Below are positions 49,260 through 60,196 of a stretch of 64,000 nt of DNA, piece after piece. Each line of letters opens with the position of its first letter. Position 1 is the first letter of the stretch. A program made the translations under genes and the position numbers. Below the pieces are notes generated by a model that saw nothing but the letters and a program-made list of their open reading frames with translations, did not search any database and was not told the origin of the DNA. Location of the stretch: NCBI GenBank assembly GCA_965204345.1, contig OZ241981.1:64001-128000 (forward strand), given 5' to 3'. The stretch comes from Nitrosopumilus sp. (GTDB lineage Archaea > Thermoproteota > Nitrososphaeria > Nitrososphaerales > Nitrosopumilaceae).

Positions 49260-51923
49260 TCACTTTTTTGATTTTTTCTTTGGCTGTTCTATTGCTGCCT
49301 GTGCTGCTGCAACTATTGCAATGGGAATTCTGTGTGGTGATGCACTCACATAACTCAAACCTACGCTATGACAGAATTTAATCGAACTAGGATCCCCCCC
49401 GTGCTCTCCGCAAATTCCAACTTCCATATTGGGTCTCAATGCCCGTCCTGCTGACACGCCAATTTTTATCAGGCTGCCTACGCCGTTGACGTCAATTGAT
49501 TGAAATGGGTTTTTTTCCAGCAGTTCCTTTTCCATGTATTCCGGAAGGAATTTTCCCTCGACATCTTCCCTGCTGAAACTAAATGTTCCTTGAGTAAGGT
49601 CGTTTGTGCCAAAACTAAAAAACTCTGCCGTAGTTGCAAGCTCACTTGCAGTAAGTGCAGCCCTGACGACTTCGATCATCGTGCCAAAGTTAATTCTTAG
49701 CTTCATCCTGTGCTTTGACTCTGTTTCCTTTTTTATCCTGTCATAGATTTCTTTGATGTGGTTTAGCTCTGCAATGCTGCTGATTTGTGGAATCATGATT
49801 TGAGGATGTGCCCTGACTTTTTTCTTTGTTAGTTCCACTAGTGCATCAAATACTGCCCGAATCTGCATTTCATAAATTTCAGGATACGTGATTCCTACAC
49901 GCACTCCCCTGTGTCCCATCATTGGATTAATTTCCGCAAGCTCTCTTGCTCTTTTCAGAAATTTTCTTGCCTCACTGACTTGATCCGTATTTCCGCCTGA
50001 TTCCAATTTTTGAATTTTTTGTACTAGTTCTTCTGGATTTGGCAGAAATTCATGCAGTGGCGGATCCAAAAGTCGGATTGTTACCTCATATCCCTCCATT
50101 GCTTTTAGAATTTCCATAAAATCACTTTTCTGTAACTGGCCTAGTCTTTTCAGTATCTTACTGCGCTCTTCAATATTTTCAGCCATGATCATCTCCACAA
50201 ACAAATTGATTCTGTCGCTGCCGTTGAACATTCTTTCTGTCCTGCATAATCCAATTCCCTGACCTCCAAACTTTCTTGCAAGCCTTGCCCCCTCTGGGGT
50301 ATCTGCATTTGCCCTAATCCCTATCCTCTTGGATTTTTGAGCCCAGTCCAGAATCTGCCTGAAATCTTTTGTCACTCTGGGCTCTACTGTTGGAATTTCC
50401 CCAACAAATACGGTTCCTGCACTTCCGTCAATTGAGATCATCTCTCCTTCCCTGACTGTGGTTCCATTTGCAGTACACGTGTTGTTATCATAGTCAATTT
50501 TTAATTCTGGACATCCGACGATGCATGGCTTGCCCATTCCCCTTGAGACAATTGCCGCATGGGATGATTTTCCTCCCAGGCTAGTCAAAATGCCTTCTGA
50601 TGAAAAGAACGCTGGAACATCCTCAGGCTTGGTCTCTTTTCTTACAAGGATTATCTTTTTGCCTGCATCCCCTAGTTCAATTGCCTTTTTGACATCAAAT
50701 ATCACTATTCCGCTTGCAGCTCCCGGCGATGCGGCAATTCCTTTTGCCAGCTGTTTGAAATTCTTAATTTTTGACTCATCCATGGTTCTGTGGAGCAGTG
50801 CCTCTAACTGTTGGGCGGGAATTCTTGTAAGTGCCTTGTTTTTATCAATCAGTCTTTCTTTTACCATGTCTACTGATGTCTTGACTAGTGCTGCTGCACT
50901 CATTTTTGCGGCTCTTGTTTGCAGCAGATAGAATTTGCCCTGTTCAATGGTAAATTCAATATCCTGCGGTTCCCTGAAATGTTTTTCTAATTTTGCACAT
51001 GCATTACTTAATTCCCTGTGGGATTTTGGCATGTCTTTTTTGAGTATTTCAATGCTCTTTCCTGTTCTTACTCCTGCAACAACGTCTTCCCCCTGGGCAT
51101 TGATCAGGTATTCTCCTTCTATCTCTTTTTTGCCATTATGGCCGTTTCTTGTAAACACGACTCCTGTTGCGCTGTCATCTCCCATGTTCCCAAATACCAT
51201 TGTAACTATGTTAACTGCCGTTCCGTTTGCAATATCTTTTGTAATGCCGTTTTTTTCACGATAGACTATTGCCCTCTCCCCCATCCAACTCTTAAAGACA
51301 GCCTCTATGGATAGGACCAGCTGCTCGTCAGGTGTGTCTGGAAACTTTCTTTTGGTATGTTCCTCACAAATTTTTTTGTATTCTGCCACGATTGATTTTA
51401 ATGATTCCACGCTTAGTCTGCTGTCATCTGAAACCCCCTGCCTGTCCTTTGCAGATTCTAAGACTAGATCAAATTTCTCATCATTTACGCCAAATACAAC
51501 CTTGCCAAACAGCTGAATGAATCTTCGGTATGAATCCCATGAGAATCGCGGGTTTTTAGTCTGTTCTGCAAATCCCTCCACTGTCTTTTCATTTAGTCCC
51601 AAATTCAATATGGTGTCCATCATTCCAGGCATTGAGATTGCTGCCCCTGAACGAACTGAAACCAATAACGGATTTTTTGTAGAATTCCATTTTTTGCCCG
51701 TCTTTTTTTCCATTTTTGCAATGTTTTTCATTACTGCTGGCATCACGTCCTTTGGAAGTTTTTTGCTGTTTTGATAATACTTGTTGCAAACCTCAGTAGT
51801 GATGATAAATCCCGGCGGCACTGGCAGCTTTAATCGGGTCATCTCGCTTAATCCTGCCCCTTTTCCTCCTAGCAGCATTCTTTTTTTGCTGTCTGCCTCA
51901 TCAAACGCATAAACTGGTTTCAT
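49260..51923 (-). CDS. ppdK: Pyruvate, phosphate dikinase
   Basis: LLGGKGAGL, SVRSGA, GGKSSHAAIV (phospho-His), GLCRTE, FSFGTNDLTQ, GICGEHGG. Confidence 0.97.
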   Translation of the reverse strand: MKPVYAFDEADSKKRMLLGGKGAGLSEMTRLKLPVPPGFIITTEVCNKYYQNSKKLPKDVMPAVMKNIAKMEKKTGKKWNSTKNPLLVSVRSGAAISMPGMMDTILNLGLNEKTVEGFAEQTKNPRFSWDSYRRFIQLFGKVVFGVNDEKFDLVLESAKDRQGVSDDSRLSVESLKSIVAEYKKICEEHTKRKFPDTPDEQLVLSIEAVFKSWMGERAIVYREKNGITKDIANGTAVNIVTMVFGNMGDDSATGVVFTRNGHNGKKEIEGEYLINAQGEDVVAGVRTGKSIEILKKDMPKSHRELSNACAKLEKHFREPQDIEFTIEQGKFYLLQTRAAKMSAAALVKTSVDMVKERLIDKNKALTRIPAQQLEALLHRTMDESKIKNFKQLAKGIAASPGAASGIVIFDVKKAIELGDAGKKIILVRKETKPEDVPAFFSSEGILTSLGGKSSHAAIVSRGMGKPCIVGCPELKIDYDNNTCTANGTTVREGEMISIDGSAGTVFVGEIPTVEPRVTKDFRQILDWAQKSKRIGIRANADTPEGARLARKFGGQGIGLCRTERMFNGSDRINLFVEMIMAENIEERSKILKRLGQLQKSDFMEILKAMEGYEVTIRLLDPPLHEFLPNPEELVQKIQKLESGGNTDQVSEARKFLKRARELAEINPMMGHRGVRVGITYPEIYEMQIRAVFDALVELTKKKVRAHPQIMIPQISSIAELNHIKEIYDRIKKETESKHRMKLRINFGTMIEVVRAALTASELATTAEFFSFGTNDLTQGTFSFSREDVEGKFLPEYMEKELLEKNPFQSIDVNGVGSLIKIGVSAGRALRPNMEVGICGEHGGDPSSIKFCHSVGLSYVSASPHRIPIAIVAAAQAAIEQPKKKSKK

Positions 51924-51958
51924 TTTTACGATTAAGCAACAATCTTAGAAAGGGGGTA

Positions 51959-52615
51959 TTAAACCATTGATTTGGCAAAATCAGCCATAATCCTGCTCCA
52001 ATTTTTTGCCTTGACAATTCCGCTTGCAACAAGAATTCCTTTGGAACCCAATTCCATTGCCTTTGAAACATCCTGACCGGAAACAATTCCTGCACCACAA
52101 AGCAGTCTTGTATTGTTTTTACTGCTTTTTACTACGTTTGCTGCCTTTTCAATCAGCTCTGGTTTTTCTGTGGAAACTGCCTTGCCTGATCCGATTAGCT
52201 CCGGCGGCTCTATGGCAATATAGTCCGGGTTTAGTTTTACATATTTTTTAACCTCCTTGAGATCTTTTACGCAAAGAACGGATATCATTTTCAGCTCCCT
52301 TAGTTTTAAAATTCTGCCTTTAATCTCCCTACTTGAAATTCTGTGCTCGCTGTGATTAACCAACGATCCCCTTACCCTTGATTTTTTCAACAGTTCTGCA
52401 ATTACAAATCCTGTCGTACTGCCAACACTGGAGTTGTCAATATGCTGGGCCAAAATGGGAACTGATCTGTTTGATACCAGTCCGATTAGATGCTGGGGCG
52501 GGGATACGGCAATTTTTATTCCGTATTTTTTAGAAATTTTTTCAGCCGTTTTTACAAATCTAATTATTTTATCTCCTGCAACTTCCTCATAGTTTTTACA
52601 ATTGATTACAAACAT
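51959..52615 (-). CDS. tpiA: Triosephosphate isomerase (archaeal type)
   Basis: INCKNY, NHSEHR, IEPPELIGSG, CGAGI, LVASG. Confidence 0.95.
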   Translation of the reverse strand: MFVINCKNYEEVAGDKIIRFVKTAEKISKKYGIKIAVSPPQHLIGLVSNRSVPILAQHIDNSSVGSTTGFVIAELLKKSRVRGSLVNHSEHRISSREIKGRILKLRELKMISVLCVKDLKEVKKYVKLNPDYIAIEPPELIGSGKAVSTEKPELIEKAANVVKSSKNNTRLLCGAGIVSGQDVSKAMELGSKGILVASGIVKAKNWSRIMADFAKSMV

Positions 52616-52653
52616 CCCTCTTTCAAACTTTTTGCATTGTATTTAATTCTTCA

Positions 52654-52938
52654 TTAGGATGTTTTTGATATTCTGTCATATCTTTTTTTCATTCCCAACA
52701 CAATCATCATCAGAATAATTGCCGCAACATTTGTGCCTATTATGAAAATATCCTCCACAATAATTCCGTAAATTAGCCACAATATTGCCCCTGCCGAAAT
52801 AAAGATCATCAGAAATCTTGAAACATCTTTTAGGCTTTTTGTCTTGTATCCCTTGTAAATCTGCTCTACCCAACCTGTAAGAATCAGGATTCCTGCTGCG
52901 ACTCCAAGCACTGTCAGAAGCGTTCCATCGACTTGCAT
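52654..52938 (-). CDS. SemiSWEET/PQ-loop family membrane protein
   Basis: Three TM helices; QIYKGYKTKSLKDVS, WLIYG, IIGTN. Confidence 0.8.
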   Translation of the reverse strand: MQVDGTLLTVLGVAAGILILTGWVEQIYKGYKTKSLKDVSRFLMIFISAGAILWLIYGIIVEDIFIIGTNVAAIILMMIVLGMKKRYDRISKTS

Positions 52939-52946
52939 CTTTTATT

Positions 52947-55505
52947 CTAGCTCCAAAAGAACTCGTCCAATCCTGTCTGTTTTGGCTTTCCCAGCATTGT
53001 ATCAAAATCCAAATCCATTGATGCGGTGATTTGCTCCAACGTTGATTCCATAAATTCCATGTATTTTTTAGAATCTATCTCCTCCTTTTTGGCCAGCTCT
53101 ACTGGTTTTACCCCCGGCTTGTTTAGAATTTTAACAAATGAGATTCTGTCCCCCTTTTTTATTTCCCTAACTGATTCTAGCTGTTTTGCAGCCCTGATGT
53201 GCTGTGGAATTGTCTTGACGTACTCTGATGGAGCCTTGCTTAGCATTACATTAAATGTTAATTCCTCTAATGGGATCTCCTTTGCCTCTATTTTTTTGCC
53301 ACACGTTGCAATCTTTTCTGAAATTTCCTGTTTTGCCTTTACAAAGTCTTCTGTGGTCTGAACCTTGGATAAGACATCAATTAGCTCATAGAATAAATTT
53401 TTGATAAATGCTGGGGTGTGTGATTTTTTGCCTGTTAATCCCTTGACGTCCACTTTGCCTGATTTTGTTACTCCCAGATAGTTCTTCTTTCTGTTGCTTA
53501 GCACGCAGTATCTGTATGTTTTGTCAATCTCCAAATCTACCCCGTGATCTTTTTTTGCCTGCTCTATTACAGCTTGAATCTGTTCTTGAGTTGGGTTTTT
53601 AATAAAAAGCGAGTCTGTATCCCCGTACAGGACCTCTATTTTTGCCTCTTCGCATTTTTTAATTGTCTCCAAAATCGTGTGCCTCCCAATTGCAGTCGTT
53701 GCCTCTGCTGCTGGCAGAAAGTACAGTGGAAATATCTCCGCACCCATTACCCCATAGCTGGCATTTAAAATTACTTTGAGTGCCTGGCTGACTACCGTAT
53801 ATTGCTGCCTTTGATCCTCAGTTAGCGTGTCCTTCTTTGATAGGCTCTTGTAGTAATTTACACGCAGGTCCCTCAGCGAGCCTATGATCATAGATGTTAG
53901 GCCGTTCTTCTTTGTACATGCCCAGTGGTTTGTCTGCGGAATGGTGTTTCTTTTACACCCCTCGTGGGGACATCTTACCGTCTCATATGACAGGTTTCGA
54001 ACTTTGATGATGCTTGGATACAGGCTGGCAAAATCCATTACGACGACATCAAAATGAATTCCTTCCTTTGGTTCAACAACAAGCCCTCCACGGTACTTTT
54101 TGTCTTTGATTACTGCATCTGACATGACCCCTTCTGATCTTCTTTCTAGTTCCTCTCGTTTTGGAATTAAACAGTCTCTGCGTCTGTGCTCGTAATATAG
54201 CAGGCTTCGAATCCATTGCGATACTCCCATTCTTGCAATGTCGTCAATGGGCATTCTTCCAATCCTTGCAATGATTACAAGCAGGTCCATCAGCAAGTCC
54301 CTGTTAAAGCTGGTCAACTCGTATGTTAGCAGGGCGTCATTGTAACAGTAATTGGCAGTCTGATAAAGGGACAGTTCGTCAAATTCTAATCCATAATCTA
54401 TCTTCTCTTTGCCTAGCAATGCCTTTGATACGCTGTTTAGGGAAAAATCAGTGTATTTTTGACTGAAAGCATAAATTTGAAATGAGCGATTTGAGAGAAC
54501 TTTGTACAAATCAAGATGGACTCCCTCCTTGAGGGTTGCCGAATCCCTCATCATGTATAGCGGGTTCTCTGAGTTTTTTATTCCCAGTATGTTTGCCCTG
54601 TTGTACAGGTATGGCAAGTCAAAATCATCTCCGTTATATGTTAGAACAAACGGAAATGTCCTGATAATTTCAAATGCGTCCTGAATCATTTCTTTTTCCT
54701 TATCCAAATCATAAAACGTTACCTTGATGTTTTGGCCTAGTTCGTTTGTTCCTTCCTTGGTTCCCTTGGTTCTGAGTACAAAAATCTGATCAAACCCATC
54801 TGATCCCTTTAGTCCTATGGCCGTGATTTTTTTTTCTGCAATTTTTGGGTCTGGTATTCTGCCAATCTCTGCCTCCACTTCGATATCCACGCCGAGTCTT
54901 TTGATCTTTGGGATTGGCTGGTTTAGCAAGTCTGCCCATTCGGAGATGTATCTCTTGAATTCTTCTGCATCAACCATGCTTTTGCTGTCCACCTTGTCCC
55001 ATAACAGGCTCTTTAGTGCAAGCTTGACTTGATCAGAAATTTCTAAATCATGCTGCTGTACTTTGCCCCCTTTTATTTCATAATACTTTCCAACGATTAT
55101 CTTTCTATCGTACAAATAATTCTCATAATACTTGATATTTGATTCCCATGTCTCTATTACGTTTCTGATGCTCTTGTCTCCTGCCGTGCCCCCAATTACA
55201 AGCGGATCTGCTACGATAATTTTTGACATGTTTATCTTGCTGTCCTTGATCAAATCATACCTCTGGACTGTCTTGATTTCGAGTACATCGTCTCTCTCTT
55301 GTAGGAAATCCAACTCATCTGATGCCAGCCTTGAATAGCAGTATGGCTTGTGCCCGACCTCGTCTTTCCATAAAAATAATTTTTTAGATTCTGGCTCGTA
55401 AAATTTCAGCACGGCTGATTTTGAGATATTGTCATATGTTGCTGATACTAGCATCGATGCTGGCATTGATTCAATCTTTTTAGTCTCAGGCAAACTTGCT
55501 TGCAT
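52947..55505 (-). CDS. polB: Family B DNA polymerase (PolB1-like), no intein
   Basis: Exo motifs DIE and YNGDDFD; DFASLYPS, KVILNASYG, YGDTDS; PIP box QTGLDEFF. Confidence 0.97.
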   Translation of the reverse strand: MQASLPETKKIESMPASMLVSATYDNISKSAVLKFYEPESKKLFLWKDEVGHKPYCYSRLASDELDFLQERDDVLEIKTVQRYDLIKDSKINMSKIIVADPLVIGGTAGDKSIRNVIETWESNIKYYENYLYDRKIIVGKYYEIKGGKVQQHDLEISDQVKLALKSLLWDKVDSKSMVDAEEFKRYISEWADLLNQPIPKIKRLGVDIEVEAEIGRIPDPKIAEKKITAIGLKGSDGFDQIFVLRTKGTKEGTNELGQNIKVTFYDLDKEKEMIQDAFEIIRTFPFVLTYNGDDFDLPYLYNRANILGIKNSENPLYMMRDSATLKEGVHLDLYKVLSNRSFQIYAFSQKYTDFSLNSVSKALLGKEKIDYGLEFDELSLYQTANYCYNDALLTYELTSFNRDLLMDLLVIIARIGRMPIDDIARMGVSQWIRSLLYYEHRRRDCLIPKREELERRSEGVMSDAVIKDKKYRGGLVVEPKEGIHFDVVVMDFASLYPSIIKVRNLSYETVRCPHEGCKRNTIPQTNHWACTKKNGLTSMIIGSLRDLRVNYYKSLSKKDTLTEDQRQQYTVVSQALKVILNASYGVMGAEIFPLYFLPAAEATTAIGRHTILETIKKCEEAKIEVLYGDTDSLFIKNPTQEQIQAVIEQAKKDHGVDLEIDKTYRYCVLSNRKKNYLGVTKSGKVDVKGLTGKKSHTPAFIKNLFYELIDVLSKVQTTEDFVKAKQEISEKIATCGKKIEAKEIPLEELTFNVMLSKAPSEYVKTIPQHIRAAKQLESVREIKKGDRISFVKILNKPGVKPVELAKKEEIDSKKYMEFMESTLEQITASMDLDFDTMLGKPKQTGLDEFFWS

Positions 55506-55509
55506 CTTC

Positions 55510-56037
55510 TCACTCTGATTCTTCGTATCTGCTTACGAGCTCCCTTCCCCACTTTGCAATTTTGTCTTTGTCCATGCTAACCACTCTCACTCCAGCTTCT
55601 TTTAGCAGGTCATAATCTGTCTCCGGATATGAATCCAAGCAAACAAATTTTTTAATTCCTATGGTTATTGCCATTTTTGTGCACTCCAAGCACGGAACAA
55701 ACGTCGTGTATAAAACGGCTCCTTCTACTCCTGCCTCTATCCCTAAAATTGCACAGTGCATGATTGCATTGGCTTCTGCATGGTTGCAAAGGCATCTGTC
55801 AAGTGATTCTCCTGGTTTGATTTTTCCTTCCATTCTAAGCTGGCATCTTTTGCATCCTCCCTCAAAACAATTTTTGATTCCAGGCGGCGTTCCATTGTAT
55901 CCTGTTGCAAGCTGTCTGTGATTTCTGACAATCACTGCTCCTACCTGCCTTGCCATGCAGTTTGAGCGAAGCTTGGCAAGTTCTGCTTGGAGCATAAAAT
56001 ATTCGTCCCAATTGGGTCTGTTAAAAGGACTGTTCAC
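55510..56037 (-). CDS. dCMP deaminase family protein
   Basis: WDEYFM, GYNG, HAEANA, PCLEC. Confidence 0.92.
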   Translation of the reverse strand: MNSPFNRPNWDEYFMLQAELAKLRSNCMARQVGAVIVRNHRQLATGYNGTPPGIKNCFEGGCKRCQLRMEGKIKPGESLDRCLCNHAEANAIMHCAILGIEAGVEGAVLYTTFVPCLECTKMAITIGIKKFVCLDSYPETDYDLLKEAGVRVVSMDKDKIAKWGRELVSRYEESE

Positions 56038-56294
56038 ACGAGTATTCTTTGTTCGTTCAATATATGGATCACGCTAGTTTAAATCCCGTCTGCGATCAGA
56101 CGCTGTGACAAATAGTGGATTGCAGCAGGCACTGATGATTACCTGACAGTAACATAAGAGATATACAAAACTGATGAGACAATAACTGAAATTCCGATAA
56201 TTATGCCTAGCTCTTTTTTTGAAAACACGCTTGCCCTAAAACTCATAATCCTCTTTGTCCTTTGTCAACTTAAGCATATTGGGGTCTGCAGCTT

Positions 56295-56489
56295 GCAAAT
56301 TAATGAATACCTTGGAGTTTGAAATCACCATCATCTCTGCTGCTTTGATTGGCATGCTCTATCTCTTTTTTTTGAAATATCCTATATCTCCTTGTGATGC
56401 CGGGCTTTTAAATGATCTAAAAATTCTTCCTCCTGAACCTCATTGTGTCTGTAGTTACATTCTGTAAAAATACAATCAAAGTTCAACAA
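56295..56489 (-). pseudogene. Disrupted small C2H2-like zinc-binding protein gene
   Basis: Reads NFDCIFTECNYRHNEVQEEEFLDHLKARHHKEI*DISKK, then after a shift MPIKAAEMMVISNSKVFINL. There is an in-frame TAG, and an A8 run lies near the shift. Confidence 0.5.
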
Positions 56490-56687
56490 TCTGCATCCTC
56501 CTTGGCTCCTTTTAAGAATGATAATATTCTTCATTGCCGTATGTATGTGCAAAAGTCTTCATTTTTGCTGATTTTGGCATAAAGTTCGTCATTTTTACGC
56601 ACGGTTTTCTTTAGTGGAGAATGTAATGGTATGCGTTAGCTAATAATTGACTACACGAAAGCATAAAATCCACAAATTAGATTCTTT

Positions 56688-58205
56688 TTGTATATGATGG
56701 CAAAGTTTGTAGAAAAAAAGTATATTAAAAAAAACTCTATTGAAAAACGTGATTACCAAGTAAATCTTGCAAATCAGGCCATTGGTGAGAACTGTGTTGT
56801 TGTTTTGCCCACCGGTCTTGGAAAGACTGCCGTTGCATTACATGTGATTTCAGAATACCTCTCAAAAGGGACCGGTGGGATTTTGTTCTTGGCGCCTACA
56901 CGTGTTCTTGTAAACCAGCACTATGATTTTCTAAAAAGCAGTCTGACCCTAGATGACATCTCCTTGATCACAGGCGAGGATGCAATTGAAAAAAGAACAA
57001 GGCTTTGGAATAACAGTGTTGTGTGTGCGACCCCTGAAATTGCAAGAAATGACCTGAATCGCAAAATTGTCTCCTCTGATCAATTTAACCTTGTGGTCTT
57101 TGATGAGGTTCATAGAACCGTTGGGGATTATGCCTACTCTGGAATTGCCCAATGGTTTGAAAACTCCCCGGCGCGGCTAGTTGGAATGACTGCCACCCTT
57201 CCCAGTGAAAAAGACAAGGCTGCTGAAATCTTAACAAAGCTACGAATTTCAAGTGTTGCAGAACGCACAGAAAACAGCCCTGATGTAAAACCCTACACGC
57301 AGCAAACCAACACAGAGTGGATAAATGTGGAATTGCCCCCGGAACTCAAATCCATTCAAGCACTACTAAAGTTAGCACTAAATGAAAGGTATGATGTTTT
57401 ACAAAAAAATGGCATTCGTTTGACAGAACAACAATCCCTTTCTGCGCTGCTTCGAGTCAGACAGTTTGTATTAAATCAGAATCGGCGCTCTGCAAAGCCC
57501 CTGTTTGCCGGAATTCGAATCCATTATGCCTTAAACATACTTGAGGCTCATGGAATTACGCCTTTTTTGAAATTTTGTGACAGAGCAAAGGCCAAAAAGG
57601 GCGTTGGCATCAAGGACCTATTTGAGGCTGATCCTAATTTTACACGAGCAATCCATCTGGCAAAAGCCGCACAATCCCGCGGAATTGAACACTCTAAAAT
57701 TCCCAAGCTAAAGGAGATTATTGAATCCGTTCCCGGCAAGGCCTTGATTTTTACAAGCTATAGGGATTCAGTTGATCTAATTTTTACAGAACTGACAAAG
57801 CTGGGAATCCCTGCCGGCATTCTGATAGGCAAAGCAGGTGATACGGGACTAAAGCAAAAAAAGCAGATTGAGACCGTACAAAATTTCCGTGACGGCGTAT
57901 TTCAAGTGCTGGTTGCAACTCGTGTGGGAGAGGAAGGACTAGACATTGCCGAAGTAAACCAGGTTATTTTTTATGACAACGTTCCAAGCTCCGTTAGGTT
58001 TATCCAAAGACGGGGAAGAACAGGCAGAAAGGATACTGGCAAGCTTGTAGTTCTTATTGCCAAAAATACCATTGATGAGACGTATTACTGGATTGGCAGG
58101 CGAAAGATGGCTGCCGCTAAATCCATGGGTGAGAAGATGACCCAAGTTTTGGAAAAAAATCAGAAAATTGAATCTGAAAAGACCGGGCTGGATGCATTTC
58201 TTTAA
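56688..58205 (+). CDS. hef: Hef/FANCM-like SF2 helicase without C-terminal ERCC4 nuclease
   Basis: LPTGLGKT, FDEVH, GMTAT, GEEGLDI, QRRGRTGR; ends in PIP-like KTGLDAFL. Start may be ATG 56694 or 56697. Confidence 0.9.
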   Translation: MYMMAKFVEKKYIKKNSIEKRDYQVNLANQAIGENCVVVLPTGLGKTAVALHVISEYLSKGTGGILFLAPTRVLVNQHYDFLKSSLTLDDISLITGEDAIEKRTRLWNNSVVCATPEIARNDLNRKIVSSDQFNLVVFDEVHRTVGDYAYSGIAQWFENSPARLVGMTATLPSEKDKAAEILTKLRISSVAERTENSPDVKPYTQQTNTEWINVELPPELKSIQALLKLALNERYDVLQKNGIRLTEQQSLSALLRVRQFVLNQNRRSAKPLFAGIRIHYALNILEAHGITPFLKFCDRAKAKKGVGIKDLFEADPNFTRAIHLAKAAQSRGIEHSKIPKLKEIIESVPGKALIFTSYRDSVDLIFTELTKLGIPAGILIGKAGDTGLKQKKQIETVQNFRDGVFQVLVATRVGEEGLDIAEVNQVIFYDNVPSSVRFIQRRGRTGRKDTGKLVVLIAKNTIDETYYWIGRRKMAAAKSMGEKMTQVLEKNQKIESEKTGLDAFL

Positions 58206-58471
58206 TTTCTGTACTGCCTGGATATTTTATCAAAAATAATCTGTCTTCTCTGAATTATCTTATTTTTAATTCCTGATTCCAAGTGATGTATGCTGCTGTG
58301 TTTTGCAACAAGTAAATTCTCCAGTCTGACTTCAAATTGACTTTGAAGAAAATCCTCTGCCCCCTGATAGCCTCCCTCCAACTCCAAACTCTCAAATGTG
58401 TCTTTTGCCAGATTGGCTATGGATTTATCTAGATATTCTAAAATCTCCTCTAATGCGTTTTCAGTAAGCAT
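58202..58471 (-). CDS. Hypothetical protein
   Basis: 89-aa ATG ORF convergent with and overlapping the helicase stop. Confidence 0.7.
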   Translation of the reverse strand: MLTENALEEILEYLDKSIANLAKDTFESLELEGGYQGAEDFLQSQFEVRLENLLVAKHSSIHHLESGIKNKIIQRRQIIFDKISRQYRN

Positions 58472-58719
58472 ATGTCATTTTTTCTCCTGGCATGCAAAAA
58501 TGTTTTGTATCTTGCTTTGGCTTTTTCAGATGCAGAAATTGACAAAAACCCCCCCAAATTCTGTTTTGTGTTATTGTCATTTTTGACACATCAAAAGCCA
58601 TGGGGTGTTTTGGCAGAAAAAGAAGAGAAACCTGATAAAGAAATTCATGATGATTTTGAAAAAAAGTCAGACAAAAAACTCATGATGGCTTAGAAAATCA
58701 GACCGCCTGAAACTTTAGT

Positions 58720-58998
58720 TCATCCTAGCCTTTTGATGATGTGGTATCCAAATTCTGTCTTAACTGGATTTGATAGTTCTCCAACTTGCAGTTTGAATGC
58801 CGCATCTTCAAACGGTTTTACCATCATTCCCTTGGTAAAATATCCCAAGTTGCCTTCTTTTTTACCGCTCCCTGTGTCTATTGAGAATTCCTTGGCCAAC
58901 TTGCCAAATTTTTCCCCATTCTTGATCTTTTCTAATATTTCTAGAGATTGGCTCTGCTTTTTGACTAGAATATGGGAGCACTTGATTTTATTGCTCAT
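58720..58998 (-). CDS. Parvulin-type peptidyl-prolyl isomerase
   Basis: CSHILVK, FGKLAKEFS, GNLG, MVKPFEDAAF, TEFGYHII. Confidence 0.95.
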   Translation of the reverse strand: MSNKIKCSHILVKKQSQSLEILEKIKNGEKFGKLAKEFSIDTGSGKKEGNLGYFTKGMMVKPFEDAAFKLQVGELSNPVKTEFGYHIIKRLG

Positions 58999-59451
58999 TT
59001 TTTACCTTGGATTATTCTGTATCTTAATTGTTTAGTTTTGTCTTTGCTTGTTCATATGGACAAACACATATTTTTTTATCAGTTCTGACTCATTTGATAT
59101 GCTGTGAGAATTCTTTACCCTAAAGATGCCTCTAAAGCAGGCCGAGTTTTTGCAGATATTTTGACTGGTAGACACTGATTTTGATTCTCTAGATGAAAGT
59201 GGCGCAACTTGCAACAGTGCGTATCATGCTGTGATCTGGCTTTACTTGATGTGCATGCATGCCAAAATATTCTGGGGCATATTTTCTTCTAGACCTAAAA
59301 CACATGCATGCATCCGGATTATCCAAAGCTGTAACTGTCATTGCACTAGTCTTCACTCTAGAACAAGGATTTGCTTTGTTTGGGAATTTGTTCTGTTTTA
59401 AGATAATCCCAACGGTTCACAGACTGTTTGGAAATTGAGCAAGCCGTCTTA

Positions 59452-59850
59452 CTAGTTTAAACCCCAGCTGATTTTGTTACTTGGTACTATCTTCAAAAAC
59501 GGCGCTTCCCCTTCTTTCCAAGGATCTCTTCTCACCCATTCAAATTTTTCAGAAAATATGCCATAAATTTTTCTAAATTCAGGGCCTTCTTCAACAATCT
59601 CCGTTCTTCCCTGAATGCATACTGCCTTGTGGTTTCCTGACTTGTAAATGTCCATGACAATTGCTGTATTTGCATTTGATTTTATGTTAAGATACGTTCT
59701 TGTTTTATAGTCTGTTGCTATGATAACTTGATCATCTATGACCACATATGATACTGGTTTTACATGCGGGATACCCTCATGCGTAGTTGCTATCCGAGCT
59801 TCCTCTAGTTGATTTAGAAATTCCGTCTCTTTTTGATTGAATTTAATCAA
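59452..59850 (-). CDS. Pyridoxamine 5'-phosphate oxidase-like FMN/F420-binding protein
   Basis: ARIATT..GIPHVKPVSY, NIKSN, VCIQG, KISWG. Confidence 0.85.
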   Translation of the reverse strand: MIKFNQKETEFLNQLEEARIATTHEGIPHVKPVSYVVIDDQVIIATDYKTRTYLNIKSNANTAIVMDIYKSGNHKAVCIQGRTEIVEEGPEFRKIYGIFSEKFEWVRRDPWKEGEAPFLKIVPSNKISWGLN

Positions 59851-60125
59851 CTGAAAATCCGTTCTCTTATTTCTGGTATGTGCCTGTATACGATGTCCCT
59901 TACCTTGATTTGATCTTCTTTAGTTGGTGCCTCTTTTTGTGAACTAAGAACCGCCCCGCCCATTCCTAGTGCCATTCCCATTACAATTCCATAAACAAAT
60001 TCCTGGGGGTCCTTTACTTTTAGAACCTTGGTGTTTTCTTTAATTTCATCCAAATATGCCGGAATCGTAGATACTGCCCCGTTGATAACTTGCATGATTA
60101 CTGCCTCTAGCTGATCTTCGCTCAT
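59847..60125 (-). CDS. Hypothetical protein
   Basis: 92-aa ATG ORF overlapping the downstream gene by 4 nt. Confidence 0.7.
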   Translation of the reverse strand: MSEDQLEAVIMQVINGAVSTIPAYLDEIKENTKVLKVKDPQEFVYGIVMGMALGMGGAVLSSQKEAPTKEDQIKVRDIVYRHIPEIRERIFS

Positions 60126-60196
60126 GATTATGCTCTGATCGATTTCTTAATAAATTTGTGCCCAAGATTTTTAATCTCTTTTATCTGCTTTGAGAC

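Noticed and set aside
52947-55505. Intein in PolB, or a viral/casposon polymerase
   Set aside because: 852 aa with contiguous motifs and a PIP box in housekeeping context; no intein or protein-priming insertions seen.
58472-58693. 73-aa plus-strand ORF
   Set aside because: It starts immediately back-to-back with the divergent gene, leaving no promoter space, and shows no recognisable motif; at most a short remnant.
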